Below are positions 8,718 to 17,342 of a stretch of DNA of 28,623 nucleotides, piece by piece. Each line of letters opens with the position of its first letter. Within the stretch, counting starts at the first letter, position 1. The notes below the pieces were generated by a model, which saw only the letters and a list, made by a program, of their open reading frames with translations, did no database searches and had not been told where the DNA came from. Source of the DNA: an uncultured Microbacteriaceae bacterium (GTDB taxonomy: Bacteria > Actinomycetota > Actinomycetes > Actinomycetales > Microbacteriaceae); NCBI GenBank assembly GCA_964651425.1, contig CAZYYL010000002.1, positions 1 through 28,623 on the forward strand, read 5' to 3'. A program made the position numbers and the translations under genes.

Positions 8718-10379
8718 CTAACGCGGGTAAACCAGAATCGCCGAGCCCAACTTCGACGGCGCGCGGACGGTCGCCGCACTCGCTTGACCCAGCCCGCCGT
8801 AGGTCACCCCCGCGCGCATGGCTGTTGCACCGTCGAGTCGATACAGGGTGCCCGGCTTCACGACTAGCGTCGTCGCACTTCCGGGCTGAAGTTCGACCGT
8901 GTGGTCGGAGTCGTCGTTGGAGCTCAACGTGAGTGAGGCGACCACGGTTGAGCCGTTGAACACGGTGAGCTGTGCGGCGGGCGCGTTCGCGATGGGCACG
9001 AGCGTCGCATCCGTTAGTTCTGATGTCGACGCGTACCATGCGAAATCGCCACCGCCCACTACGGCGGACACGTTTGACGGTGCGCCGACAGCTTGCCCGG
9101 GAGCCGCAGTTGCGCCAGGGGCCGGCGCAACCAGCTGACCGGTCCCGTCGAGAGGACCTTCCATGTTCGCTTGAAGTTTTGCGGTCGGCGTCGGTGAGCT
9201 CGAGGCCCCCGGCGTCGGCGATGCTGTCGGATTTGCCGTCGATGTGGCACCGGGCGTCGCCGTCGATTTCGCGTCGGCGAACGGGTCGACATCGACCGGA
9301 ACGACCGTGCGCACGGCCGCAACAATCGGTGTGGTGCCGGTCGCAATCACCGTGTACGTGCCGTCGGGAATCGAGTTGAACGGCAGTTGCAGCGCAACAC
9401 CCGGCTTAGCCGTCGCCTTCACCTCAGTGGTCGTGCCGTCGGCCGCGATGGTGGTCACGACGACATCACTGGGCGCATCGGTCGTTGCGAGAATTCGAAC
9501 GGTCGGCTCCTGCTCCGACGTGACCGCGCCACCCTCAGAGTCAGAGAACTGTGCCATGCCGACCAAGCGCACACCGGTCATGATTTGCGTTGTATTGGGG
9601 GCTGCACCGGGCTCAACGATTTCAACGCCCGACGGAAGGATCGTGCGCACGAGCACCTGTTGCAAGCTCGTCGCAAGCGAGCCACCCGAACTCGACACGT
9701 GCACCACGGGCGCATACAAATCCGGGGCGATGGATGCGAGTCCCACCAATTTCTGCGTGCCGGCCTGCACGACGACGTCGTTGGATCCCGTCGGTGTCAC
9801 GCGACCCTTCTCACCGAAAACGTCGATGTGCACCGAGGCATCCGTGATGGACGCGTTGGTCAGGTTGATGACGGTCGTTTGACCGAGGTCGCTCGCGCCA
9901 CCAACAAGCCAACTTTCCGCTTCGGGTTCGACACAGGGTGATGCCGCTAAACCAGCCATATCGTCGGCCAACACAGTCTGAGACTGTGTGCCGGCAAGAA
10001 GCGCAATCGAGCCATCTGCTGGAGGGGCAACACTCAACACGGCCGGCGCGAGCGTGCCGTTCTGGTTCGTCGCGTCGACGACCGACACGTACGTCTCGTC
10101 GACGGGGTCGTTCGTTGAACCCGAGGTGATGTCGGGTCGTTCGGTGCCGACATACGATGTCGCATCGCCGTCGCGGGTCTGCACTCCGAGGAGCGGTCCG
10201 GGGCACACGCGAACCGCCGTCGACGCGGTGGGGTCGACCGTCATCGATACCGGTGAGCCCGCGAGCACAGGGAACGGAATAACGCAAAGCCCAAGCACGA
10301 CTACTCCCGCGATGCCAAGACCAACGAGTCCGGCTGCCGACGTGAGTCCGGCGCGAACGACACTAATTTTGCGGTTCAT
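8718..10379 (-). CDS. DUF5719-type membrane-anchored extracellular protein, about 553 aa
   Basis: N-terminal TM, RVCPGP, GLAASPC...SWLVGG, LTNAS, DFAWY. SD GGAGG at 10385-10389 before ATG 10379. Overlaps the GT2 stop by 17 nt. Confidence 0.8.
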   Translation of the reverse strand: MNRKISVVRAGLTSAAGLVGLGIAGVVVLGLCVIPFPVLAGSPVSMTVDPTASTAVRVCPGPLLGVQTRDGDATSYVGTERPDITSGSTNDPVDETYVSVVDATNQNGTLAPAVLSVAPPADGSIALLAGTQSQTVLADDMAGLAASPCVEPEAESWLVGGASDLGQTTVINLTNASITDASVHIDVFGEKGRVTPTGSNDVVVQAGTQKLVGLASIAPDLYAPVVHVSSSGGSLATSLQQVLVRTILPSGVEIVEPGAAPNTTQIMTGVRLVGMAQFSDSEGGAVTSEQEPTVRILATTDAPSDVVVTTIAADGTTTEVKATAKPGVALQLPFNSIPDGTYTVIATGTTPIVAAVRTVVPVDVDPFADAKSTATPGATSTANPTASPTPGASSSPTPTAKLQANMEGPLDGTGQLVAPAPGATAAPGQAVGAPSNVSAVVGGGDFAWYASTSELTDATLVPIANAPAAQLTVFNGSTVVASLTLSSNDDSDHTVELQPGSATTLVVKPGTLYRLDGATAMRAGVTYGGLGQASAATVRAPSKLGSAILVYPR

Positions 10380-13266
10380 CGTCACCTCCGAGCAGATCGA
10401 CCGGCGCGAGATCATCGGCGTCTTCGTCGAGACCCGGAATCTCGCGACGCGAGCGGCTCTCCGCGAGTGCGCCCGTGGGAATCGCGAGCAAGAGTGTGAG
10501 AATCAACACACCGCCCTGAACGACGAGCACGATTGAGCGCAACGGCTGAACGCTTGACTCGGGCTGCAAGCCCGCAACGACACTCGTGTCAACGTCGGGC
10601 ACGCGCCAGAGCAATCCGCTGTCGGTCACGCCGACCTCTTGGAGCGCGGGATTCGAGTGGAGGGCCGCGGACGCGCGAGCGTGCGCATCCTGCGCTTCGG
10701 TTGTTAAGTCACCCGATGCCGTTGTTTGCGGAGCCGTGAGCAAGATGAAACCGACGCCAGCGGCGCGGAGTTCGTTGTTGCTGTCACTGCCACTCGTTGA
10801 GGCGAGGTTGCCGACGAGCGAGCCGAACACCGACAGCTGATCCGTGGACGTGTTGTTTGTTGTGACGATGGTCGACTGGCTCGCGAGAGTCGGGCCGAGT
10901 CCGCGTTCAAGCGAACCGGTGAGTCCGCCGTCGGGCTGGGCCGTCATCACGATTGTGCCCACGCTCGGATTGGTGGCGGCCTGCGCGGAAACGTACGCGG
11001 GGAACACGCGGTCGTTGTTCGGCACCACGTCGGCACGACCCACGAAGAATGCGGCGGTCATCGGCACGGCCAAAACGAGTACGACGAGCATGCCCGCGAC
11101 AGCCGGGTAGACGCTGAAGCGACGCAGTACGGCAATGCCTGTTGTCGCTGCGACGATCAACGCGAGCCACGCGAGACTCACCCCGCTGCCGGGCCACGCA
11201 ATCGTCGGCACCGAGCCGTCAAAAGCAAATTCGAGGTGGGATGCCCCAACTGCCGTCACAAGCCCGAGCAACATCACCAGCAGAGCTAGTTGGGCACGAA
11301 TGGGGTGCGGCGAGAAGAGGCCGACGACCCCGAGAAACGCAACCACACCGACGAGCACAAGTACGACGAGTCCTGCCGCGATGTTCAGACCCAGGGGTGC
11401 CGACGCACTGACGTCGAGCCAACCGCCCAAGCCGTCCGTCGGGAATCCGAGCACGGTCTGCCACGCAGGCGCACCGGTCGTAGCGACGGGCTGACCCGGG
11501 TCGGCGACGAGGGCAAGCGGGTTGAGTCGTGAGAGCTGTGTGAGTATCACCGGCGCGAAGAGAACGGCCGCGGGAACCGGAATCGCGAGGAACCTCGGCA
11601 CCGAGCGACCCGTGAGCAAAATTGAGCCAACCCACACCACGAGCAACGCCGGCGCGAGCGACGGGGTGCACGCCGTGACGAAAGCGAAGAGCAACGCGGT
11701 GGTAGCTGAGGCCGACCACGAACGTGCGGCCCGGAACCCCGCAACGAACAACCACGGCAGGGCGATGTGCGAGAGCACAGCGCCCGGGCGGCCATCCGAC
11801 AGCGCGATGAGAAGCGTCGGTGCGAGTCCATACGCGAGCGCGGCGAAGGCGCGAATGACGAAACGTTCCGTGAGGCGCGCGGTGAGCATCCATGCACCAA
11901 GACCGGCGAGAGGAATCGCGGCGAACCAGACGAGCACCATCGAAAAAGACGGCTGCCACCACGTCATTGTGCCGAGCAGCGCCATCACAAGACTGAACGG
12001 GTCGGCCGCCCCGACGAGTCCGGGCGATCCCGCGCGCCAGCCGAAACCGATTTGCGCCCACATGTCTGAGACCGAGTGACCGACGGGCAACAAGGCACCG
12101 CCGGCGAGTGCGCTCGAACCGACGAGCGGGAAGAGCATCGCGAACGAAATCACGGCGAGGGCAACGACCGTCCACGCACCACCACCGGCGAAGAAGTGAA
12201 CGGGACGTTTTTCACCGTGGATGCGAATGCGCGCGGCCTCGCGAGCCAACGTTGTCCGGCGTCGAACTTCTGAGCCGCTCAAGCGCACGCCGGCGAGCTG
12301 CGCCCATCCCTGATTGCGCTGACGGTGAAGGCGCGCACGCGATCGACCAATGGTGCCGAGCGAAAACGCCACGGACAGAGCCGCCGACAACTCTCCAAGA
12401 AAGAGCCCCGGCCGTTTGGCGAGCAACTGGCCAAGCATGCGCACAATTGCCCACGGCACGAGAGTCAACCAAATAAAGAGCGGTGCGAGTCCGCGGGCGT
12501 AGACCATACGACGGAACAGCTCAGCGCGGCGACGCTGGCGGAAGTCGCGACGACGATCCCGTTCGCGTTGGATGCGCGGGAGGGCTGTAACACCGTCGCC
12601 GTGTGTTGACACGACGGCCGCGGGAACCACGCGAACCTGGTGACCGGCGAGGCGGGCACGAACACAGAAATCAAGGGCGTCGTCCGCAACCGGCAGACCG
12701 GCGTCGAATCCGCCGAGCGCGGTCCACACGCTTTCGCGAACGAGCATGCCGTTGGCGCCGACGGCCAGCACGTCACTCATCGTGTCGTACTGGCCCTGGT
12801 CGAGTTCGTCGTCGACGAGCGACACCGTGCGGCCGCGCGGAGCCATCGACAAGCCGAACTCGGCGATCGTGCCGACGCCTGCGGGCTCAAGTTCATTTGC
12901 GTCGTATTGCTTCGGCCCCGCGATGGCAGCCGAACGCGAAACTTCGAGGGCTCCAACGAGGTGCTCGAGCGCGGTCGGTGCCGGAGCACTGTCCTGTCCG
13001 AGAAGCCAAAGCACGTCATCACCCGACGGGCTGGCTGACGCGATGCGTGACGCCATTTCAACGGCCTCGCCGAACGGAACGGGACCACCCGTGGAAACGA
13101 TGTGCGCGGGACGCGCATCCTCTAGCTGGGTTCGGGCCGTTCCGCGAGACCCGTTATCGACGGCAATAAGGACATCGATGGGACGAGTTTGTGCAGCGAG
13201 AGCCGCAATCGTCGTCGCAAGATGATCGCCCCCAGAGCGGGCGACAAGGATCGCGACGACACGCAC
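10363..13266 (-). CDS. Large GT2-family glycosyltransferase with multi-TM C-terminal region, 967 aa
   Basis: N-terminal GT-A fold (AVDNGS, LWLL.QDS, GPKQ, LGGFD.GL, DFCVRARLAG) followed by many hydrophobic helices. GTG start is 3 nt after the whiB stop. Confidence 0.85.
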   Translation of the reverse strand: MRVVAILVARSGGDHLATTIAALAAQTRPIDVLIAVDNGSRGTARTQLEDARPAHIVSTGGPVPFGEAVEMASRIASASPSGDDVLWLLGQDSAPAPTALEHLVGALEVSRSAAIAGPKQYDANELEPAGVGTIAEFGLSMAPRGRTVSLVDDELDQGQYDTMSDVLAVGANGMLVRESVWTALGGFDAGLPVADDALDFCVRARLAGHQVRVVPAAVVSTHGDGVTALPRIQRERDRRRDFRQRRRAELFRRMVYARGLAPLFIWLTLVPWAIVRMLGQLLAKRPGLFLGELSAALSVAFSLGTIGRSRARLHRQRNQGWAQLAGVRLSGSEVRRRTTLAREAARIRIHGEKRPVHFFAGGGAWTVVALAVISFAMLFPLVGSSALAGGALLPVGHSVSDMWAQIGFGWRAGSPGLVGAADPFSLVMALLGTMTWWQPSFSMVLVWFAAIPLAGLGAWMLTARLTERFVIRAFAALAYGLAPTLLIALSDGRPGAVLSHIALPWLFVAGFRAARSWSASATTALLFAFVTACTPSLAPALLVVWVGSILLTGRSVPRFLAIPVPAAVLFAPVILTQLSRLNPLALVADPGQPVATTGAPAWQTVLGFPTDGLGGWLDVSASAPLGLNIAAGLVVLVLVGVVAFLGVVGLFSPHPIRAQLALLVMLLGLVTAVGASHLEFAFDGSVPTIAWPGSGVSLAWLALIVAATTGIAVLRRFSVYPAVAGMLVVLVLAVPMTAAFFVGRADVVPNNDRVFPAYVSAQAATNPSVGTIVMTAQPDGGLTGSLERGLGPTLASQSTIVTTNNTSTDQLSVFGSLVGNLASTSGSDSNNELRAAGVGFILLTAPQTTASGDLTTEAQDAHARASAALHSNPALQEVGVTDSGLLWRVPDVDTSVVAGLQPESSVQPLRSIVLVVQGGVLILTLLLAIPTGALAESRSRREIPGLDEDADDLAPVDLLGGDDEPQN

Positions 13267-13269
13267 GCG

Positions 13270-13587
13270 TTACGCGCGGCGACGAAGACGGCGGCGCTCG
13301 CGCTCGCTCAGGCCGCCCCAGATTCCAAAGCGCTCGTCGTTGGCGAGTGCGTATTCGAGACATTGCGCCGCAACCTCGCACGACTCACAGATGCGCTTCG
13401 CGTCGCGGGTCGATCCGCCCTTCTCGGGGAAGAACGATTCGGGGTCGGTCTGCGCGCACAGAGCGTCCGCCTGCCACGCGAGCGGGTTGTCATCGATGTC
13501 GTCATCGATACGACGAATTCCGGGGAGACCGAGGTTAATGGGATCTGCTGCCCAGTTGTCGGGAACTTCACGACGATATGAGGACAT
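13270..13587 (-). CDS. whiB: WhiB family Fe-S transcriptional regulator (WhiB/WhiB2 type), 105 aa
   Basis: WQADALCAQTDPESFFPEKGGSTRDAKRICESCEV...C...ERFGIWGGLSERERR: four Cys plus GIWGG. Confidence 0.96.
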   Translation of the reverse strand: MSSYRREVPDNWAADPINLGLPGIRRIDDDIDDNPLAWQADALCAQTDPESFFPEKGGSTRDAKRICESCEVAAQCLEYALANDERFGIWGGLSERERRRLRRRA

Positions 13588-13642
13588 AGTGCAACCAACC
13601 GATTTCTCTTGTCACGACACACCAGAGCGGCGTGCGTCACCT

Positions 13643-13673
13643 AATTACACCGGTGTGATTCGTTGTTCGTCAA
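13643..13673 (-). promoter_or_regulatory. whiB promoter: -35 TTGACG and near-perfect 18-bp palindrome over the -10 region
   Basis: TTGACG at 13673-13668, 18-nt spacer, TGTAAT at 13649-13644. Palindrome AATTACACCGGTGTGATT at 13643-13660. Confidence 0.6.
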
Positions 13674-13713
13674 GTCGGAGTGTAAAAAGTTTCAAGTATT
13701 ACTGGGGTTTCAC

Positions 13714-14916
13714 CTATGCCTGTATATGGCCGGCACGGGCAACGAACAGTTCGACCCCGCCGTTCACGAGCAATGTGCCTTCATCCGGCGTGATGAACCA
13801 CGCTTGTCCCCGGTGAATTTCGATCTCGCCCGTCGAACCTGTGACCGTCGCGTGACCCGACGTGCACAGGGCGATGACGGGTCCGTCGAGTTCAAGCTCA
13901 GATCCGCTTTCGGTGCCTTCCCCGGAAACGTGAATGAGCTCGAACTCGGGCACACCCGGCGCGAAACGATGAACGCCCGTACTCAGCACCTCGGGCGTCA
14001 ACAGGTCCGGGCTCGTCGGCGCGAACGTTCCGACCTTCATCAATTCATCAACGTCGATGTGCTTAGACGTGAGACCACCCCGTAACACGTTGTCACTCGC
14101 GGCCATGATCTCGATGCCCAGCCCGTGCAAGTAGGCGTGCAGAATTCCGTGAGGCACGAAGATGGCCTCACCTCGTCCCAGTGAGATGCGGTTCATCAGA
14201 AAAGCGACAACAATTCCCGCATCCCCCGGGTATTCCGCGTTGAGCATTCGAACGGTGGATGCGTCGCGCTCAATCGCGCTCGAAACGGGTCCATCCGAAT
14301 CCGGGATCCTCGTCGCCACGGCGACGAGCTGCGCCACCGTCTCGGCCGCCGCATCCCGATCGCCACCCAACAACTCGGCAACAACGAGCCGAACGTCCGT
14401 GGGGGATTTCTCGAGCGCATCTGAGAGCAGAACGAGTCGCTCACACGGCAACCCCGCCAGGGTTGCTTCGGCAATGAACTCGCGTAGCGCGGCGACCGTT
14501 TCGCCCACGGGTCGGATTCCGCAAAGCGCATCGAACGAGTCACTCACACAAAAGATGAGTTCGGGCTTGTGGGATTCGTCACGGTAATTGCGGTGGGGCG
14601 CATCCACCGGAATGCCGGCCGCATTTTCGGCAGCAAACCCGGTGCGCGCTTGATCCATCGACGGGTGCACCTGAATCGAGAGCGCCGTTTCGGCGGCGAG
14701 TACTTTGAGCAGGAACGGCAGAGTCGTCACGTGCGCGAGGTCGCGCGCGCCACCGGCGGCCGCCGGGTCGACGATACGTGACGGCGACATCGGATGCGTG
14801 CCGTACCAGACTTCCGCCTCGGGCTTGCCACTCGCCGTATGCCCGAGCAGTTCGGCGATGGCGTGGAGCGAACCCCACGCGTAGTCACGCGGTTCGTTGT
14901 CGACCTCTAGAAACAC
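13714..14916 (-). CDS. manA: Mannose-6-phosphate isomerase class I, about 400 aa
   Basis: YAWGS, LSIQVHP, HKPEL, HAYLHG, EIMAASDNVLRGGLT. Start moved to GTG 14916 (MFLEVDNEPRDYAWGS) with GAAGGG upstream. Confidence 0.93.
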   Translation of the reverse strand: MFLEVDNEPRDYAWGSLHAIAELLGHTASGKPEAEVWYGTHPMSPSRIVDPAAAGGARDLAHVTTLPFLLKVLAAETALSIQVHPSMDQARTGFAAENAAGIPVDAPHRNYRDESHKPELIFCVSDSFDALCGIRPVGETVAALREFIAEATLAGLPCERLVLLSDALEKSPTDVRLVVAELLGGDRDAAAETVAQLVAVATRIPDSDGPVSSAIERDASTVRMLNAEYPGDAGIVVAFLMNRISLGRGEAIFVPHGILHAYLHGLGIEIMAASDNVLRGGLTSKHIDVDELMKVGTFAPTSPDLLTPEVLSTGVHRFAPGVPEFELIHVSGEGTESGSELELDGPVIALCTSGHATVTGSTGEIEIHRGQAWFITPDEGTLLVNGGVELFVARAGHIQA

Positions 14917-14942
14917 GAAAAACCCTTCGTAGTGCGAGTGCC

Positions 14943-14951
14943 ACGCTACCA
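14943..14951 (-). promoter_or_regulatory. Putative extended -10 (TGG-TAGCGT) for manA
   Basis: TGn plus TANNNT about 27 nt upstream of the start. Confidence 0.45.
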
Positions 14952-15017
14952 ACTCGCACCCTGCACAAAAGGGAGGTGGTGGGGGTAGTGTGACGAAAAA
15001 GGCAGGAAGGCCTCACC

Positions 15018-16193
15018 GTGACGTTTCCCATTCACCCCGGCGATTTCTTCGGACTCGAAGCACAGCTCTCCCCCGACGAGCAGAAGCTCGTGCTCGGCCT
15101 GCGCACCTACCTCGACTCGCTCCGACCGAAACTCGAAGACCTGTGGGAGAAGGCCGAGTTTCCGCACGAGATCGTGAAGGGTCTCGCATCCACTGGCATC
15201 GTCGGGCTGTCGTGGCCCGAATCATGGCCCTTCGAGAACTCGGCTGAGTTCCGCGGCTGGGTCTCGCTCGAGCTCGCGCGTCTCGATGCGAGCGTCGCCA
15301 CCTACGTTGGCGTTCAGGCCGGCTTGGCCATGGGGTCCATCGGCCTCTGCGGTTCACCCGAACAACGTGCCGAGTGGTTGCCGCGCATGGGCACCGGCGA
15401 CGTCGTCGGCGCATTCGGTTTGACCGAGCCGAATTCCGGTTCGGATGTTGCGCTCGGGTTGCAGACCACCGCTCAGCGTCGTGGCGACGAGTGGGTACTC
15501 AATGGCGCCAAGCGCTGGATTGGCAACGCAACCTGGAGCGACATCTGTGTCGTCTGGGCACGTGACGTGGACGACAACAAGGTGAAGGGATTCATCGTCA
15601 CGACCGACACCCCCGGATACAGCGCGACGAAGATCGAACGCAAACTATCGCTGCGCATGGTGCAGAACGCCGACATCGTGTTGACGGATGTGGTTGTGCC
15701 GGAGTCGCGTCGACTCCCCGGCGCGAACACATTCGCCGACACCGCGAGCGTGTTGCGAGCGACACGTGCGGAGGTCGCGTGGGCCGCCGTGGGCGCATCC
15801 ATCGGCGCGTATGAAGCCGCACTCGAATATGCCAAAACCCGCGTGCAATTCGGCCGACCGCTGGCGAAGAACCAACTCATTCAAGACCTGTTGGTGAAGT
15901 GCGTCGGAAACATCACGTCGAGCCTGACGCTCGTGCGCGAAGCCAGTCGAAAGCAAGACGCAGGCGATGACCGCGATGAATTCGCCGCCCTGGCCAAAGC
16001 GGTCGCCACTGTGCGTGCGCGTGAGACGGTTGCCATGGCCCGCGAGATCCTCGGCGGAAACGGCATCGTTCTCGACTACGGCGTCGCCCGATTCTTCGCC
16101 GACGTCGAAGCGCTCTACAGCTACGAGGGCACTCGCGAGGTGAACACTCTCATCGTCGGCCGCGCGATTAGCGGCGAATCGGCGTTCGTCTAG
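15018..16193 (+). CDS. Acyl-CoA dehydrogenase family protein (glutaryl-CoA DH / ACX4-like clade), 391 aa
   Basis: AFGLTEPNSGSD, LNGAKRWIGNA, EILGGNGI and catalytic YSYEGT. SD AGGAAGG at 15004-15010. Confidence 0.9.
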   Translation: MTFPIHPGDFFGLEAQLSPDEQKLVLGLRTYLDSLRPKLEDLWEKAEFPHEIVKGLASTGIVGLSWPESWPFENSAEFRGWVSLELARLDASVATYVGVQAGLAMGSIGLCGSPEQRAEWLPRMGTGDVVGAFGLTEPNSGSDVALGLQTTAQRRGDEWVLNGAKRWIGNATWSDICVVWARDVDDNKVKGFIVTTDTPGYSATKIERKLSLRMVQNADIVLTDVVVPESRRLPGANTFADTASVLRATRAEVAWAAVGASIGAYEAALEYAKTRVQFGRPLAKNQLIQDLLVKCVGNITSSLTLVREASRKQDAGDDRDEFAALAKAVATVRARETVAMAREILGGNGIVLDYGVARFFADVEALYSYEGTREVNTLIVGRAISGESAFV

Positions 16194-16196
16194 CCT
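16191..16196 (+). promoter_or_regulatory. Putative -10 (TAGCCT) built on the upstream stop codon
   Basis: TAG stop of the acyl-CoA dehydrogenase plus CCT, 7 nt, then ATG 16204. Confidence 0.45.
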
Positions 16197-16203
16197 TATG
16201 AGC

Positions 16204-17310
16204 ATGTCGACAGCCAGCATCGAGACGCAACGCGAGGCCACCGCCCGTCGCGTGCGGGCCGAGAAAGCGATTCAACTCGCTGACACGGGTTTGGCCGCCG
16301 TCGCTTTCATCGCATTGTTCGCCGAAGATGCGCTGCGCGCCACACTCGGAAACACCATCGGTGTCGCACTCGCTGCCGTGATCTGCGTGCTCTACTCGAT
16401 CCGTCTACTACGCAATTGGCGCAAAGTTCGTTGGACGCGCATGCCTGTCATGCTCGTGCTGTTCCTCGTCACCTCCGGTATTGCACTGTTCTGGTCGACC
16501 GACCTCAACGCGTCGCTCGTCGCCTGGGCTATCCAGTTGGCAACAGCGGGTGCCGCAATTGGCATGGCAATGCTCCTGCCGTGGCCCGCACTCGTGAAGG
16601 CGCTCGGCACGGCCGTTCGCTGGGTGCTCGGACTCGGCGCGCTCGTCGAAGCACTCTCCGTGTTTGTCGTGCACGGACCGGTTCTCGGACTCACCGGACA
16701 CCTCGGCATGCTCAGCTTTGCCGCCGTCGTGCTGCTCATCGTGCTGCCGATGCAGCTGGCCGACAAGACGGTTTGGCGCGGGTGGGGCTACATCTGGCTT
16801 GCGCTTGCCGTCGCCGCACTCATCTACACGCAGTCGGTTCCGTCGTGGACTGCGCTCGTCGCCAGCGCCGTCGTCACCGGCTTCGTGTTGTGGGCTCGCG
16901 TGACCGACCCGACCCGTCGCCGCCCGATTTACGTCGTGGGGGTCGGTCTCATCGCCGGAGTTGTCGTTGCGATTGTCACGACGTGGTCGGCATTTACCGC
17001 ATCCACTGTCGACGGTTCGTGGATCGCCCTCGTGTCCACATCGAGCGCGGCCGCCGTCGTGTTCTTCATTGCGCTGCTCTACACGACCGTCTGGCGCTCG
17101 TGGTTCGTTGCCGTCGATCGTCCGCAATGGGACCTCAACACAACTCGTCCGTACACGGGCACGAGCATGCTGCCACTCGTCTTGATGACGGCGCTCATCA
17201 CGCTCGGTGCCTTCGACGCACGACTCACAACAGAGTCGGGCCTGTTGCTGGTGGCTATGTGTGCCGTCGTGACGAAGTACCCGGAGCGCCTTCGCGGCGA
17301 ACTGCGATAG
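16204..17310 (+). CDS. Polytopic membrane protein, O-antigen ligase/polymerase (Wzy_C/WaaL)-like, apparently lacking the large extracytoplasmic loop, about 368 aa
   Basis: About 11-12 hydrophobic segments. C-terminal VWRSWFVAVDRPQWDL...RPY...LPL...RL..E.G resembles Microbacteriaceae O-antigen ligase family proteins as I recall them. Start 16198 or 16204. Confidence 0.65.
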   Translation: MSTASIETQREATARRVRAEKAIQLADTGLAAVAFIALFAEDALRATLGNTIGVALAAVICVLYSIRLLRNWRKVRWTRMPVMLVLFLVTSGIALFWSTDLNASLVAWAIQLATAGAAIGMAMLLPWPALVKALGTAVRWVLGLGALVEALSVFVVHGPVLGLTGHLGMLSFAAVVLLIVLPMQLADKTVWRGWGYIWLALAVAALIYTQSVPSWTALVASAVVTGFVLWARVTDPTRRRPIYVVGVGLIAGVVVAIVTTWSAFTASTVDGSWIALVSTSSAAAVVFFIALLYTTVWRSWFVAVDRPQWDLNTTRPYTGTSMLPLVLMTALITLGAFDARLTTESGLLLVAMCAVVTKYPERLRGELR

Positions 17311-17312
17311 TT

Positions 17313-17342
17313 ACAAGCCCGCTAACTCCAAGCCCGCTAGTT
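17313..17342. repeat. Imperfect 15-nt tandem duplication (core CAAGCCCGCTA x2)
   Basis: CAAGCCCGCTA at 17314-17324 and 17329-17339; the second copy contains the LCP stop. Confidence 0.6.

Noticed and set aside
13611-13640. GTCAC direct repeats as an MtrA/GlnR box
   Set aside because: The repeats are 25 nt apart, not the roughly 11-nt period expected for OmpR-family tandem sites.
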